Assembly (NCBI GenBank): GCA_963737635.1
Contig: CAVTTL010000001.1
Span: 2,240,001-2,304,000, forward strand
Direction of reading: 5' to 3'
Length of the DNA: 64,000 nt
DNA from: an uncultured Methanoregulaceae archaeon
Lineage (GTDB): Archaea; Halobacteriota; Methanomicrobia; Methanomicrobiales; Methanospirillaceae
In this document: piece after piece, positions 30,938-41,746 of the stretch
How positions within the stretch are numbered: the first letter of the stretch is position 1
Layout: each line of letters starts with the position of its first letter
Notes under the pieces: generated by a model
Told to the model about the DNA's origin: nothing
The model's database searches: none
Seen by the model: the letters and a program-made list of their open reading frames with translations, nothing else
Made by a program: the position numbers and the translations under genes

Positions 30938-31594
30938 TTATTCCGGTTTTACGTCTTTGATCCATTCTGAGCCCGTTCGTTCAAGGAACCGGGAGGTCCG
31001 TTCCTTGGGTTCTGCATGGATCTTGTAGTGGGCAAGCAGGGCCCGTACACAATCCCGGGCTTCATCTGATGTCAATCCGGTGGCGACCTGTTCTCCCTGC
31101 CGTGATTTAAAACCGCTGTGCCCGCCAAAGAAAACAGTCCATCCTTTCGTGGTTCCCATAATACCGATATCCCTTACCCGGCTCTCCCCGCAACACCGCG
31201 GGCAGCCGGAAACGCCAATCTTGATCTTTGCCGGGAATTCCTGGCCCGCATATTCATCGGATATCTCCCGGGCGAGACTGACGGAATCCTGCGTGCCGTT
31301 TTTACAGTACGAAATGCCCGGGCAGGACTGGACATAGCGTACCCCGGGCGTTATGGATGCCGTCCCAAGCGCCCCAAGATCTCTTCTAACACTCGTAATA
31401 TCCTGTTCCTGAACGCCGACGAGAAGAAAGCGCTGGCCGGAGGTGATCTTGACCATGGGAATGGCGTATTTTTTTGCCACCCGCGCAATGGTTTCCAATT
31501 CGTCTGGCGTAACGACCCCCGCCGGTATCCGTGTCTGGATCGCATAGGTTTTCCCGTCCCTTTGAAGTTTTGCACCGTACGTGATATCGGTCAT
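30938..31594 (-). CDS. Small nitrite/sulfite reductase-like protein (NIR_SIR ferredoxin-like + 4Fe-4S/siroheme domain)
   Basis: RIPAGVVT..KITSGQR, CPGISYC (CX5C), PAKIKIGVSGCPRCC (CX3C), DIGIMG. Confidence 0.85.
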   Translation of the reverse strand: MTDITYGAKLQRDGKTYAIQTRIPAGVVTPDELETIARVAKKYAIPMVKITSGQRFLLVGVQEQDITSVRRDLGALGTASITPGVRYVQSCPGISYCKNGTQDSVSLAREISDEYAGQEFPAKIKIGVSGCPRCCGESRVRDIGIMGTTKGWTVFFGGHSGFKSRQGEQVATGLTSDEARDCVRALLAHYKIHAEPKERTSRFLERTGSEWIKDVKPE

Positions 31595-31908
31595 AATATT
31601 TCCCGGATTACGTCGTTTTTAGAGCATTATGAATTCATGGAATGTACATAGGTTCTCTCTACAAATGGCCAACCTGCCTCATCCATGATCTTAAAACAGC
31701 TCATAGAACTACTCGATTGTTGGTGTGAAATGTGTAGTGGTCGGCGGAAATATTTTATTGTTCCCTGAAAACGCTGAACTTAACCTCCTGTGACCACAAT
31801 AGATCTCCTGCCGGGTGCAGGATTGATAAACCGGGCCTCCCTAAATTCACAGTGCAACAAAGGAGACTCGTATATTAAAGACGTTTCATACAGATTTCCG
31901 GTGACTCT

Positions 31909-34011
31909 ATGACAGATCCTGTACCCTCGCTTGATTCCCCGTATCTCTACATTAACCGCGAATTGAGCTGGATCCGGTTCAACCATCATGTCCTGGAAGA
32001 GGCACAGGATGAGAAACACCCACTCCTTGAACGGGTGAAGTTCCTTTCCATTTTTGCCAACAACCTCGACGAATTTTTCATGATCCGGGTCTCAGGACTC
32101 CAGCGCCAGGCTGCGCAGGGGGTGCTCAAGGCTCCTCCTGACGGGATGACAGCATCCGAGCAGATCCTCGCGATCGAAAAGGCGATCCTGCCCGAACTCG
32201 ACCTCCAGTACGACTGCTGGAATAACGAAATCCTTCCCCGGCTGGCTGCCGCCGGTATCTTCATCCGTCCCTATAACGAGCTCAATGCAGAGCAGAAAAA
32301 AGCGCTGCGCACATTCTTTGTTGAGGAAGTATTCCCGGTACTTACGCCGCTTGCTTTCGATTCTGCCCACCCGTTCCCCTTCATCTCTAACCTCTCGCTT
32401 AACCTTGCAATTACCATCCGCGATCCGAAGGGAAAGGAGCTTTTCGCCCGGATCAAGGTGCCTACCGGTCTCTTTCCCCGGCTTATCCGTGTCCCGGACG
32501 CTCGTTCAATCGTCCATCGTGAGGATAAACAGGTGTATCTCGTATACCTGGAAGACCTCGTTGCCGCACACCTCGACCTGCTCTTCCCCGGTCTTGAAGT
32601 GGTAGGTGCCTCCCCCTTCCGGATCACCAGAGATGCCGACCTTGACATCGAAGTCGATGAAGCGTCCGACCTCATGACCACAGTCGAGGAGATCATGGAG
32701 CAGCGTGCACGGGGAACTCCGGTCAGGATTGAGGTAGATTGCTCAATGCAGGAAAACACCTGCCATATGCTCGAAAAGAAACTGGGTATCGGCTCCCACA
32801 TGCTCTACCGGATCGGCCACCCAGTCGGTATGGCCGATCTCATGGAACTCCTCTCCCTCGACCGTCCTGATTTAAAAGATCCACCCTTCCAGCCATCAGT
32901 CCCACCTGAACTCGCTGAGGAAAAGGACATTTTCTCTGCCATAAAAAGAAAAGATATCCTCCTTTTCCATCCTTACGACAGTTTCTCTCCGGTTATTAAT
33001 TTTATCCGGCAGGCGGCCCATGACCCGGGCGTCCTTGCCATCAAGATCACGTTGTACCGGGTGGGTTCCAATTCGCCGATTGTCCGGGCGCTCATGGAGG
33101 CCCGGGAGAACGGAAAAGCCGTAGCAGCCCTCATTGAGCTCAAGGCTCGGTTTGATGAGGAAAACAATATAGGCTGGGCACGGGCGCTGGAACGCGCCGG
33201 GGTCCATGTGGTCTACGGTGTTGTCGGTCTTAAAGTCCACGCGAAAATTTGTATGGTAGTCCGTCGCGAAAAAGACGGCATCCGTCGGTATATGCACCTC
33301 GGGACCGGCAATTACAATGCAACTACAAGCCGGATCTACACAGATTTTGGTATGTTCACCTGCGACCGGGATATTGGCGATGACATGGCAAATCTTTTCA
33401 ATTTCCTGACCGGGTACGCCCGCTTCGATCAGTACCGGAAACTTGCTGTCGCTCCAGTGACTCTCAGGAGCGCTATCCTTTCAAGAATCGACCGGGAGAT
33501 TGCATGCCACCGTGAGCACGGCGGGGGGCATCTCATTTTCAAGATGAACGCACTTGTCGATTATGAGTGCGTCACGGCCTTGTACCGAGCCTCGCAGGCC
33601 GGGGTCAAGGTCGATCTTCAGGTCCGGGGTATCTGCTGCCTGCGACCGGGCATTCCCGGTGCAAGCGAGAACATTACCGTCAGCGCTATCGTCGGGAGAT
33701 TTCTTGAACATGCGCGCATCTATTACTTCAGGAATAACGGCCAAGATGAAGTGCTTCTCGGTAGCGCCGATCTCATGCCGCGGAACCTTGACCGGCGCGT
33801 TGAGGTGCTCTTCCCCATCACAGATCCCACACTAAAGAAGGCACTTCTTTCGATCATCCTGGATACCGAGCTGAGGGACAACCGGCAGCTCCGGCTGATG
33901 GCGATCGATGGGACATACATGCGGAAACGTCCCGCCCCGGGAGAATCACCGGTCGACTCGCAGTCCTGGTTCCTCGAACACAAAGGGGTATGGTACCATG
34001 CCGGAACCTGA
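31909..34011 (+). CDS. ppk1: Polyphosphate kinase 1
   Basis: YINRELSWIRFN, NLDEFFMIRV, HPYDSF, ELKARFDEENN, LKVHAK, GTGNYN, GRFLEHARI, SADLMPRNLDRRVE. Confidence 0.98.
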   Translation: MTDPVPSLDSPYLYINRELSWIRFNHHVLEEAQDEKHPLLERVKFLSIFANNLDEFFMIRVSGLQRQAAQGVLKAPPDGMTASEQILAIEKAILPELDLQYDCWNNEILPRLAAAGIFIRPYNELNAEQKKALRTFFVEEVFPVLTPLAFDSAHPFPFISNLSLNLAITIRDPKGKELFARIKVPTGLFPRLIRVPDARSIVHREDKQVYLVYLEDLVAAHLDLLFPGLEVVGASPFRITRDADLDIEVDEASDLMTTVEEIMEQRARGTPVRIEVDCSMQENTCHMLEKKLGIGSHMLYRIGHPVGMADLMELLSLDRPDLKDPPFQPSVPPELAEEKDIFSAIKRKDILLFHPYDSFSPVINFIRQAAHDPGVLAIKITLYRVGSNSPIVRALMEARENGKAVAALIELKARFDEENNIGWARALERAGVHVVYGVVGLKVHAKICMVVRREKDGIRRYMHLGTGNYNATTSRIYTDFGMFTCDRDIGDDMANLFNFLTGYARFDQYRKLAVAPVTLRSAILSRIDREIACHREHGGGHLIFKMNALVDYECVTALYRASQAGVKVDLQVRGICCLRPGIPGASENITVSAIVGRFLEHARIYYFRNNGQDEVLLGSADLMPRNLDRRVEVLFPITDPTLKKALLSIILDTELRDNRQLRLMAIDGTYMRKRPAPGESPVDSQSWFLEHKGVWYHAGT

Positions 34012-35596
34012 ACCGGCGGCTACTATCCCCGGTCCCTGTATCTTCGGATCAGAAAGGCTGCTCCCTCACATAGATGCCATCTCACATGAAATCGCCGGTG
34101 TGAGGGCTGCTGATGATATTGAACCCGTCCATCGCATGCGGGTCGCCTCACGCCGGCTTCGTGCCGCCCTTCCCCTTTTTTCTTCCTGTTTTCCGGAAAA
34201 AAACTTCCGTTCATGGATGCACGATATAAAAAAGATCACCCGTGCCCTTGGGGCTGCCCGGGACGCAGACGTCCAGATAGCGTTTCTGAAAAAATATCTC
34301 AAAACACAACCGGACGTGAGCTCTCCGTCTCCTAGTACTCAGGCACAGGTTGTAAACCCTGTTGCGACCCTTCTTTCCCGGCTCCAGAAACGACGCAGTA
34401 CCTTTCAGAAGCAGGTGATCTCGGTGCTTAATGATCTGGAGCATTCACAAGCAATCTCCCAGCTGCAGGCAGCATGTGCCGCACCCCCTCAACCGGGAAA
34501 GGTGGGAAAGAGGACACGTTATTCCGGGATCCTTCCGGTCGCCACCGACCGGATCGGAAGGCGTATACAAAAGGTACACCAGTATGACCCCTTCGTGCAC
34601 AACCCGGATGCCGTGTTCGAGCACCATGCTCTCCGGATTGCAGCAAAGAAATTACGGTACACAATGGAGACCTACGCCTCCCTCTACAGGCGCGATCTCA
34701 AAAAACCTATCGCACGAATAAAGCGACTCCAGGATCTCCTCGGTGATATCCACGACTGTGATGTCTGGATCGAAGAGATGTCCCTTGCGATCGTAAAACA
34801 ACGTGCACGCCGGCATCCTCAGAGCGCTCTGCCCGGCACGTCAGTATCTGCAGTTGCCCCCCTCCGCCGGTTATTGATCAACCGCGAGAAACGCCGGGCC
34901 CGGCTATACCGGCAGTTTGTCCGGTACTGGGACAGCCTTGTCCACACCGGTTTCTGGGACACTCTGCAGACGGATGTGCTTGCGGGACAACGATCGGCAT
35001 TCATTAATCACCGCGTTCTCCCCGCAAAAGAGGAGCGTGAGGCGTTTGGACAACTTGCAGCTCTCGCACCCGATCACGACGCCCACAGCCATATCGTGGA
35101 AATGCTTGCACTCCGACTCTTCGACGAACTGACGCCCCTCCACGGTCTTGGCCCCCGCGACCGCATCCTTCTTTCCTATGCCGCGATGGTGCACGATATC
35201 GGCTGGAACCAGGGACAGGCAGGCCACCAAAAGAAAAGCGCAGAACTGATCCTTTCCCGTACCGGCCTTCCAGTGCCGGTCCGTGAGCAGGGTATTATTG
35301 CCCTCGTTGCCGGGTTGCATGGCGGGCACACGCAGATCCACCCACCCGGCTTTTTTGGTCTCCTCCCGCCAACCGACCAGAAACGGGTGCGCATCCTCGC
35401 CGCACTCCTCCGGGTCGCTGATGGACTTGATTACCTTCACGCTGGTAGTGTCACCGGGCTTCGCTGTGCGATCCGGGGGCCGGATGTTCTTTGCACGCTT
35501 ACCTGCATGGGCGATACGGCAACCGAAAAAGCAAGGGCGATCCGGAAAAGCGACTTGTTTGCTGAAGTGTTCGAAAAGATGCTGGTGATAGCGTGA
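33998..35596 (+). CDS. CHAD domain-HD domain fusion protein
   Basis: CHAD motifs VHRMRVASRRLR, LGAARDADV, HALRIAAKKLRY, LQDLLGDIHDCDV; C-terminal Ppx-like HD domain (HDIGW, LRVADGLD). Confidence 0.9.
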   Translation: MPEPEPAATIPGPCIFGSERLLPHIDAISHEIAGVRAADDIEPVHRMRVASRRLRAALPLFSSCFPEKNFRSWMHDIKKITRALGAARDADVQIAFLKKYLKTQPDVSSPSPSTQAQVVNPVATLLSRLQKRRSTFQKQVISVLNDLEHSQAISQLQAACAAPPQPGKVGKRTRYSGILPVATDRIGRRIQKVHQYDPFVHNPDAVFEHHALRIAAKKLRYTMETYASLYRRDLKKPIARIKRLQDLLGDIHDCDVWIEEMSLAIVKQRARRHPQSALPGTSVSAVAPLRRLLINREKRRARLYRQFVRYWDSLVHTGFWDTLQTDVLAGQRSAFINHRVLPAKEEREAFGQLAALAPDHDAHSHIVEMLALRLFDELTPLHGLGPRDRILLSYAAMVHDIGWNQGQAGHQKKSAELILSRTGLPVPVREQGIIALVAGLHGGHTQIHPPGFFGLLPPTDQKRVRILAALLRVADGLDYLHAGSVTGLRCAIRGPDVLCTLTCMGDTATEKARAIRKSDLFAEVFEKMLVIA

Positions 35597-37218
35597 AGGC
35601 CAAACAGAAGATTGGGGCCAACGGGCGCATTGTCGCATTTATCGATATCGGGACGAATTCCGTACGGATGCTTGTGGTCCGGTTCAATCCCAACCACTCT
35701 TACAGTATCCTTTCCCGCCAGAAACAGCAGGTGCGCCTCGGAGAGGGAGAGTTCGATGACGAAGAAATTACTCCTGATGCCATCGACCGTGCCTGTGTCG
35801 TCTGCCGGAAGTTCGTCGACCTTGCCCGCTCATTCAATGCCGAAGAGTTTGTGGCAGTTGCCACGTCTGCGGCCCGTGAGGCTTCAAACCAGAACCTCCT
35901 GCTCAACCGGTTGCGGCATGAGTCGCTGATCGATGTAAGGGTGATCTCAGGCCTTGAAGAGGCGCGCCTGATCTATCTGGGTGTTGCAAGCGGGCTGCAC
36001 CTCGGTGATCGGCAGGCGTTCTTTATCGATATCGGCGGGGGGAGTACGGAGATCTCGGTCGGCGGCCAGCAGCAGTTCCACATGCTTGAGAGTTTCCGGT
36101 TGGGAGCAATCAGGCTCACGAACCTGTTTTTTTCGGATAATCCCGCAGGATCTGTGCGCCCGGACCAGTACCGGATCGTCCAGCAGTATGTTAAAAATGC
36201 CATTATTCCCACGGTTCAGAAGATCAAAAAACATAACATCGATCTCGCGGTAGGCAGCTTCCGGCAGTATCATGAACCTTGCCGATATTGCCCAGAAAGC
36301 GCTCCATCCGGAGGGAAATGCTCCTTCCGGTGTGATCACGTACCGGGATCTGAAAAAAGCAATCGACCTGCTCTGTTCGGTCCCGCTGGAGGAAAGGCGC
36401 AGGATCCCCGGGATCAATTCCGAGCGGGCAGATATCATCATTGCGGGGGCGGTGATTCTCGAGACGTTCATGAAAGAGCTCGGTTTGGAGGCCATGACAA
36501 CCACCAGCCGTGGACTGCAGGACGGCCTTTTGATGGACTATCTCTCCCGCATGGAAGACTTTCCTCTCTTTGGGACGCTTTCCCCCCGTGAAAGAAGTGT
36601 GCTCCAGCTGGGCAGGTCCTGCGGAGTTAACGAAGCGCATGCCCGGACCGTCACCCGGCTCGCACTTGAGATCTTTGATTCGGCAAAGGAGATACGACTG
36701 CACAATTATGGAGACTGGGAGCGCGAACTCCTCGAGTATGCCGCGTTCCTCCACGACATCGGGTCATTTATTTCGTTTACCAATCACCATGCCCATTCCT
36801 ATTATATCATAAAGAATTCCGACTGCTGGGTTTTGACCAGAAAGAGATCGACATTATGGCCAATATTGCCCGCTTCCACCGCAAGAAAAAGCCGAGAAAG
36901 AAACGCCTCGATCTCCCTGAATTTGCCGACAATGAGCAGCGGATGGTTCTCGTCCTTGCCATGTTTATCCGGCTTTGTGAAAGCCTTGACCGGAGCCATT
37001 CGGGTTTTGTTCAGCACGCGGAGTTTGTCCGGGCCGAAAAAAACGAGGTCGTGCTGGATATCGTAGCGGAGAACGACTGCCAGCTTGAGATCTGGGGCGT
37101 GGAAGCTGAGCAGCGAACCTTTGAAAAAATCTTTATGAAGCGCCTGAAAATCGAAGTGATTTCACCGAGCACCTGCGACGGGCAGAAAGAAAACGAGAAT
37201 ACCTCTACGGTACGGTAA
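35593..37218 (+). CDS. ppx: Ppx/GppA exopolyphosphatase (indels near 36258 and 36823)
   Basis: IDIGTNSVR, VATSAAREA, EEARLIY, IDIGGGSTE, RADII, HDIG; three ORF pieces join. Confidence 0.93.
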
Positions 37219-37269
37219 CAAGAGGTGGGCCCGGGCCAGGTTCCCGATAAGTGCCATGCTACCTCCACC

Positions 37270-37683
37270 TTAAGCCAAGGTTCCTTCGTAATCCATTGTC
37301 CCGCAATCGGCATCCACGCTCACGCGCGTCCCGGTTTTCAACCGGGTAAGCGGCACCACCGGGCGATCAATCATTGGTATATTCCCAATGATCGCGCCGG
37401 TGGCAATAATGGGCTCAGCCTCAGTATTTACGATAGCCGCAGGAGCATGACCGTTCCGGGTAAGGGCGTACATCACATAGGAACCGACTGTCGATCCCTT
37501 ACCATAAGGAAATGCGAGGACGGTACCAGCTACCGATATACCCTCAAGGGGGTGGCCCTTCTCTACGACAACTCCTGTCTCGGGATCGACTCCGGAAAGG
37601 AAAGAGATCGGTTCGGGGCTTACAAGCAGCCTGCCTGCACCTTTCCCCCGGGAAATACTGCGACCGGTAATTATCAAAATCAC
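37270..37683 (-). CDS. DUF126 / AcnX swivel subunit (probable phosphomevalonate dehydratase small subunit)
   Basis: ISFLSGVDPETG..HPLEG..GKGSTVGSYV. Confidence 0.88.
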   Translation of the reverse strand: MILIITGRSISRGKGAGRLLVSPEPISFLSGVDPETGVVVEKGHPLEGISVAGTVLAFPYGKGSTVGSYVMYALTRNGHAPAAIVNTEAEPIIATGAIIGNIPMIDRPVVPLTRLKTGTRVSVDADCGTMDYEGTLA

Positions 37684-37712
37684 ACCACATAAATGGTTGA
37701 AGATTGAGATAT

Positions 37713-38879
37713 ATGAGTAATATGGAAGAGACCTCGGTTGATAACCCGCCTCAAAACGAGCTTAAATACCAGATCCAGGTTAACGAGCTCGAGGCGGCAC
37801 TCCTTGAACAGAAGGTCAGAGCCGAAGATCTCCAGAAGGAAAATGCGCAGCTGAAGCGGGAAAATAACCAGCTCAAGCGCATGCCGCTCTTTGTCGCGGT
37901 AATCATCGATATTCTGGAGAACAACGAGATCTATCTCCGCCAGCAGGGAAACAACCAGGAATACCTGACTCATGCCTCCGAAGAGCTCAGGCCCCTGTTG
38001 AAACCCGGGACAAAAGTGGCTGTCAATAACGCGCTTTCTATTGTCAAAGTCATAGGGAACGTGTATGATTCCCGTGTCCGGGTGATGGAACTGGAGGAGT
38101 CACCGGAGATTTCGTATACCCAGATCGGCGGGTTGTCCGATGAGATCAAGGAAGTGCGTGAAGCCGTGGAATACCCGCTTACGAAACCTGAGATCTTCCG
38201 GCGGATAGGGGTCGAGCCACCCAAAGGTATCCTGCTTTACGGTTCGCCGGGGACCGGGAAAACCCTGATCGCAAAGGCGGTCGCCCACGAGGCAAAGGCT
38301 ACGTTTATCCGCATGTCAGGCAGCGAACTTGTACACAAGTTCATAGGAGAAGGGGCGGGACTCGTCCGAGAGCTCTTCACACTTGCCCGCGAACGGGCAC
38401 CGGCGATCGTCTTTATCGACGAGATTGATGCAGTCGGGAGCATGCGGACAAACGACGGGACGAGCGGTAGTGCCGAAGTGCAGCGGACGCTCATGCAGCT
38501 TCTTGCAGAGATGGACGGCTTTGATAATCGTGGCGAGATCCGGATCATGGCGGCAACAAACAGGGTCGACATGCTTGATCCTGCTCTCCTGCGGCCCGGC
38601 AGGTTTGACCGGTTGATCAAAATCCCGCTGCCCGACCGTACGGCACGACTTGAGATCCTCAAGATTCACTCAGGCAAGATGCACCTCTGCGATATCAGCC
38701 TCGAAGTTATTGCTTCCATGACCGAAGGCGCTACCGGGGCAGAACTCCAGGCGATCTGCCGCGAGGCCGGAATGATGGCAGTGCGCCGCGATGCTCCGGC
38801 AGTGGAGATGAAGGACTTCTCGGACGCCTTAAAGAAAGTCAGGGCCGACACGACCACAGACACCCGGATGTATACCTGA
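37713..38879 (+). CDS. pan: Proteasome-activating nucleotidase (PAN), paralog 1
   Basis: Coiled coil, GSPGTGKT Walker A, FIDEID Walker [18 protein letters not shown]; C-terminal MYT (HbYX). Confidence 0.96.
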   Translation: MSNMEETSVDNPPQNELKYQIQVNELEAALLEQKVRAEDLQKENAQLKRENNQLKRMPLFVAVIIDILENNEIYLRQQGNNQEYLTHASEELRPLLKPGTKVAVNNALSIVKVIGNVYDSRVRVMELEESPEISYTQIGGLSDEIKEVREAVEYPLTKPEIFRRIGVEPPKGILLYGSPGTGKTLIAKAVAHEAKATFIRMSGSELVHKFIGEGAGLVRELFTLARERAPAIVFIDEIDAVGSMRTNDGTSGSAEVQRTLMQLLAEMDGFDNRGEIRIMAATNRVDMLDPALLRPGRFDRLIKIPLPDRTARLEILKIHSGKMHLCDISLEVIASMTEGATGAELQAICREAGMMAVRRDAPAVEMKDFSDALKKVRADTTTDTRMYT

Positions 38880-38928
38880 AACCTGGCGTCCGTGAAAGGG
38901 GCTGTCAGAAGGTAGATGGAGAGCCCGG

Positions 38929-39438
38929 ATGAATATTCTTTTAATCCAGCGGGAAGGCACCGATCTCCATCACACTTTATTTTCGTCTGAAACCAGCCGG
39001 CTCGCCCTTCGTTTTTATCACCCGAAAAAGGTGTCCTGCGGGGTAACGATTGCGGTTGCATCCTTAGGAAGCGCCTTATCCCTCGTTTCAGAACTACGCT
39101 GGTATCTCCGGCGTTATGTGCGGGAAACCCTCTTTGAAATCGAAGAGGGTATCTTCTGTACCCATAATCTTGCGCAGGATATTTACTATGAACGTACTGC
39201 TATCCTCAGCAAACCGTGGGCATTTCGCCGGATTTATGGGTTTTTCCCGGGAAAACCAGCCTGCCGGCTCGTCATGGCACCAGGGTCAAATGCCAAAGAT
39301 TATTCATCTGAACTAACGGGCACCGATACCATAATCGAAGTATGGTGCAATGAAGATGAGGTGGAAGATATCGGGGAATTGATTCCTCTTGAAGAGTCAG
39401 GCGTGCCCCCTGGTACTCTGGACGGTCCGGGCCCGTGA
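38929..39438 (+). CDS. Conserved archaeal protein (DUF5804-like) downstream of pan
   Basis: DLHHTLFSSETSRLALRFY..SLGSALSLVSELRWYLRRY. Confidence 0.65.
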   Translation: MNILLIQREGTDLHHTLFSSETSRLALRFYHPKKVSCGVTIAVASLGSALSLVSELRWYLRRYVRETLFEIEEGIFCTHNLAQDIYYERTAILSKPWAFRRIYGFFPGKPACRLVMAPGSNAKDYSSELTGTDTIIEVWCNEDEVEDIGELIPLEESGVPPGTLDGPGP

Positions 39439-39466
39439 ATTGGTGAAATCACAAAAAAAATCTTAC

Positions 39467-41746
39467 TTACAGCTTTGGGGATAACCCATCTACCGTAATT
39501 GAGATACAATTCAAAGATGGCTTCGTGAACCTGTATATTCCCTTCGGCACCGTAATCTCAAATCGCGCACCTCTGCCCGACTCGCCAGTTTCAGTTATAG
39601 TGATATCGGTGATCGATAGGATCTCCCGGGCAAGGAACAATCCAAGCCCGGTATTTCTGCCGTATCCCCGGTCAAACAATCGCGGCTTGTCTTCAAGGGA
39701 AACTCCGACACCATCATCTTCGCAGATTATGGTGAGGCTGTCATCAGCGGCATTTTTGAGGCACGTAAAGCTGATCTCACTCAGGCAATTACCACCGTAC
39801 TTGAGTGCATTATCAATTAGGTTATAAAATACCTTTTCCAGAAGAGGATCAGTAAAAACCTCCAGATCCGTGCAGGAATCATTAATGGTAACATTCGTGA
39901 GAAGAAACGCCTGGCGAACTTTGGAAATCAATCCGGAAATACTCTGCCATTCCGGCATTTTGACGCCGATATTCTGGTAATACCGTGTGAACGAGAGCTG
40001 GGTCCAGATCGTACGCACGGAGGCCTCACACCGTATGAGATAATCTTCCACAGTGGGGTTTCCATTCTGGCTTTTGGCAAGATCGAAGTATCCATGCAGC
40101 GCGAGCAACTGGTTCAGGATATCGTGACGCGTAACATCCATTAAGAGGTTCAGTTTTTTATTTGCGATCTCCAGAGAATGTCCGGCTGCTTTGCGATCGG
40201 TAATATCCCGCACAACTGCAATACCGATGCGTTTTCCCCGCAATGCCACTACATGAACGTTGATTTCGACAGGAATGAAAACGCCATTTTTAGTAATACG
40301 CATGGTCTCAAATGTCGAAGATCCCATTGTTTTCAACTCTTTTTCAATCTGGTCTCTTGGTTTACTCGTATCCCCGGTATCCAGATCCCATGGACTTTTC
40401 TGCAATAATTCGTCACGGGAGTACTGCAGCATCCTGCACATTACATCATTTACATCAAGGAACCGGATCGGATCACCATTCTCATCCAGATTAACTATCT
40501 GAATCGCATCGTTGATATTATTGAAAATATCCCGGAATTTTTCCTCACTCTCTTTTAGTTCTTCTTCTGCCTGCTTGAGCTGGGTGATATCACGGCCGAC
40601 AGACTGGTACTCCGTTACATGACCCTCGGCATCAAAGATTGCCCGGTCACTCCACTGCTGCCAGCGAATTTCGCCTGATGGCAAGATAATACGGTGAGCG
40701 ACTGCTGCAACCGGATGGTCCCGGGTCAGCGACGCAAAGGACTGCCGGACGACCGCCTTATCCTCTCTGGGAATAATGGGAATGAACCTTTTTCCAGTCA
40801 GTTCTTCCCTTTTTTTATTGAAATACCGGCAGTACGCACTATTAACAAAGACATGCGTCCCGTCTGGACGGAATCGCGAGATAAACTCGGTCTGATTTTC
40901 GACGACATTCCGGAATCGCTCCTCACTCTTGCGGCGTTCTTCTTCCGCTTTGTCACGTTCAGTAATGTCCCGGATCGATTCAATAGCACCGACCACCTGA
41001 CCCCGCTGATTGAAAAGAAGGCTGGCCTTTCCCATGAGCGTGAGAGGTTTTCCTTTCGGTCGGGCTAAATTGGTATCGGCAACAAGGACATTTTCTCCGC
41101 GCACTATATTCGCGTACGTTTTTTCAATCTTTTCTGTCGGTTCAAGAATCAGATCGATGAGCATGGGACGTCTGGTCCCATAGAACGGCATTGAGTGCTC
41201 ATGATTATCCTTTCCAAGTATTTGTGCAGCTGGAACGCCGGATACTTCCTCCATTGCCCGGTTCCAGACGATCACATGCCCAAATGTATCAATAGCAAAG
41301 GTCGGGTCCGGGAGGGAATTGACCATATCGGTCTCCCGGTGTTCCAGGTCCCGGATCTGCTTTTCTGTTTTCCGTTGCTGGACTGCCTGACGGATCTTAT
41401 GCGCCAGCTCGGTGAACTGCGCCTTTGCCTCCCCGCCTTTCTGAATGTAAAAATCTACACCGGCATTGAGGGCCTCAACCACGATCTCTTCCCGTCCTTT
41501 CCCGGTGAAAATAATGAACGGAACGGTATCTCCTGAGGCCCGGACTTTTTTTAAGAATTCGATCCCGTCCATTCCGGGCATCTGGTAATCTGATACGATG
41601 GCATCGTATTGGTTCCGCCTAAGTAACCCCATGGCTTTCAATGCTGAATCCACGGTTTCGATGCTGAAATCGCCCGATCGCTCTAAATAGAGCTTGGTGA
41701 TATCAAGTAAGGCGGGTTCATCGTCAACGTACAGGGCTTTAATCAG
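39467..41746 (-). CDS. Hybrid REC-PAS-PAS-PAS histidine kinase (probable CTG start)
   Basis: Frame is open upstream of the ORF-track start to CTG ATT AAA GCC CTG TAC GTT GAC GAT GAA (xIKALYVDDE); DYQMP, three PAS/PAC, TRHDILNQL, HATPase. Confidence 0.9.
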   Translation of the reverse strand: MIKALYVDDEPALLDITKLYLERSGDFSIETVDSALKAMGLLRRNQYDAIVSDYQMPGMDGIEFLKKVRASGDTVPFIIFTGKGREEIVVEALNAGVDFYIQKGGEAKAQFTELAHKIRQAVQQRKTEKQIRDLEHRETDMVNSLPDPTFAIDTFGHVIVWNRAMEEVSGVPAAQILGKDNHEHSMPFYGTRRPMLIDLILEPTEKIEKTYANIVRGENVLVADTNLARPKGKPLTLMGKASLLFNQRGQVVGAIESIRDITERDKAEEERRKSEERFRNVVENQTEFISRFRPDGTHVFVNSAYCRYFNKKREELTGKRFIPIIPREDKAVVRQSFASLTRDHPVAAVAHRIILPSGEIRWQQWSDRAIFDAEGHVTEYQSVGRDITQLKQAEEELKESEEKFRDIFNNINDAIQIVNLDENGDPIRFLDVNDVMCRMLQYSRDELLQKSPWDLDTGDTSKPRDQIEKELKTMGSSTFETMRITKNGVFIPVEINVHVVALRGKRIGIAVVRDITDRKAAGHSLEIANKKLNLLMDVTRHDILNQLLALHGYFDLAKSQNGNPTVEDYLIRCEASVRTIWTQLSFTRYYQNIGVKMPEWQSISGLISKVRQAFLLTNVTINDSCTDLEVFTDPLLEKVFYNLIDNALKYGGNCLSEISFTCLKNAADDSLTIICEDDGVGVSLEDKPRLFDRGYGRNTGLGLFLAREILSITDITITETGESGRGARFEITVPKGIYRFTKPSLNCISITVDGLSPKL

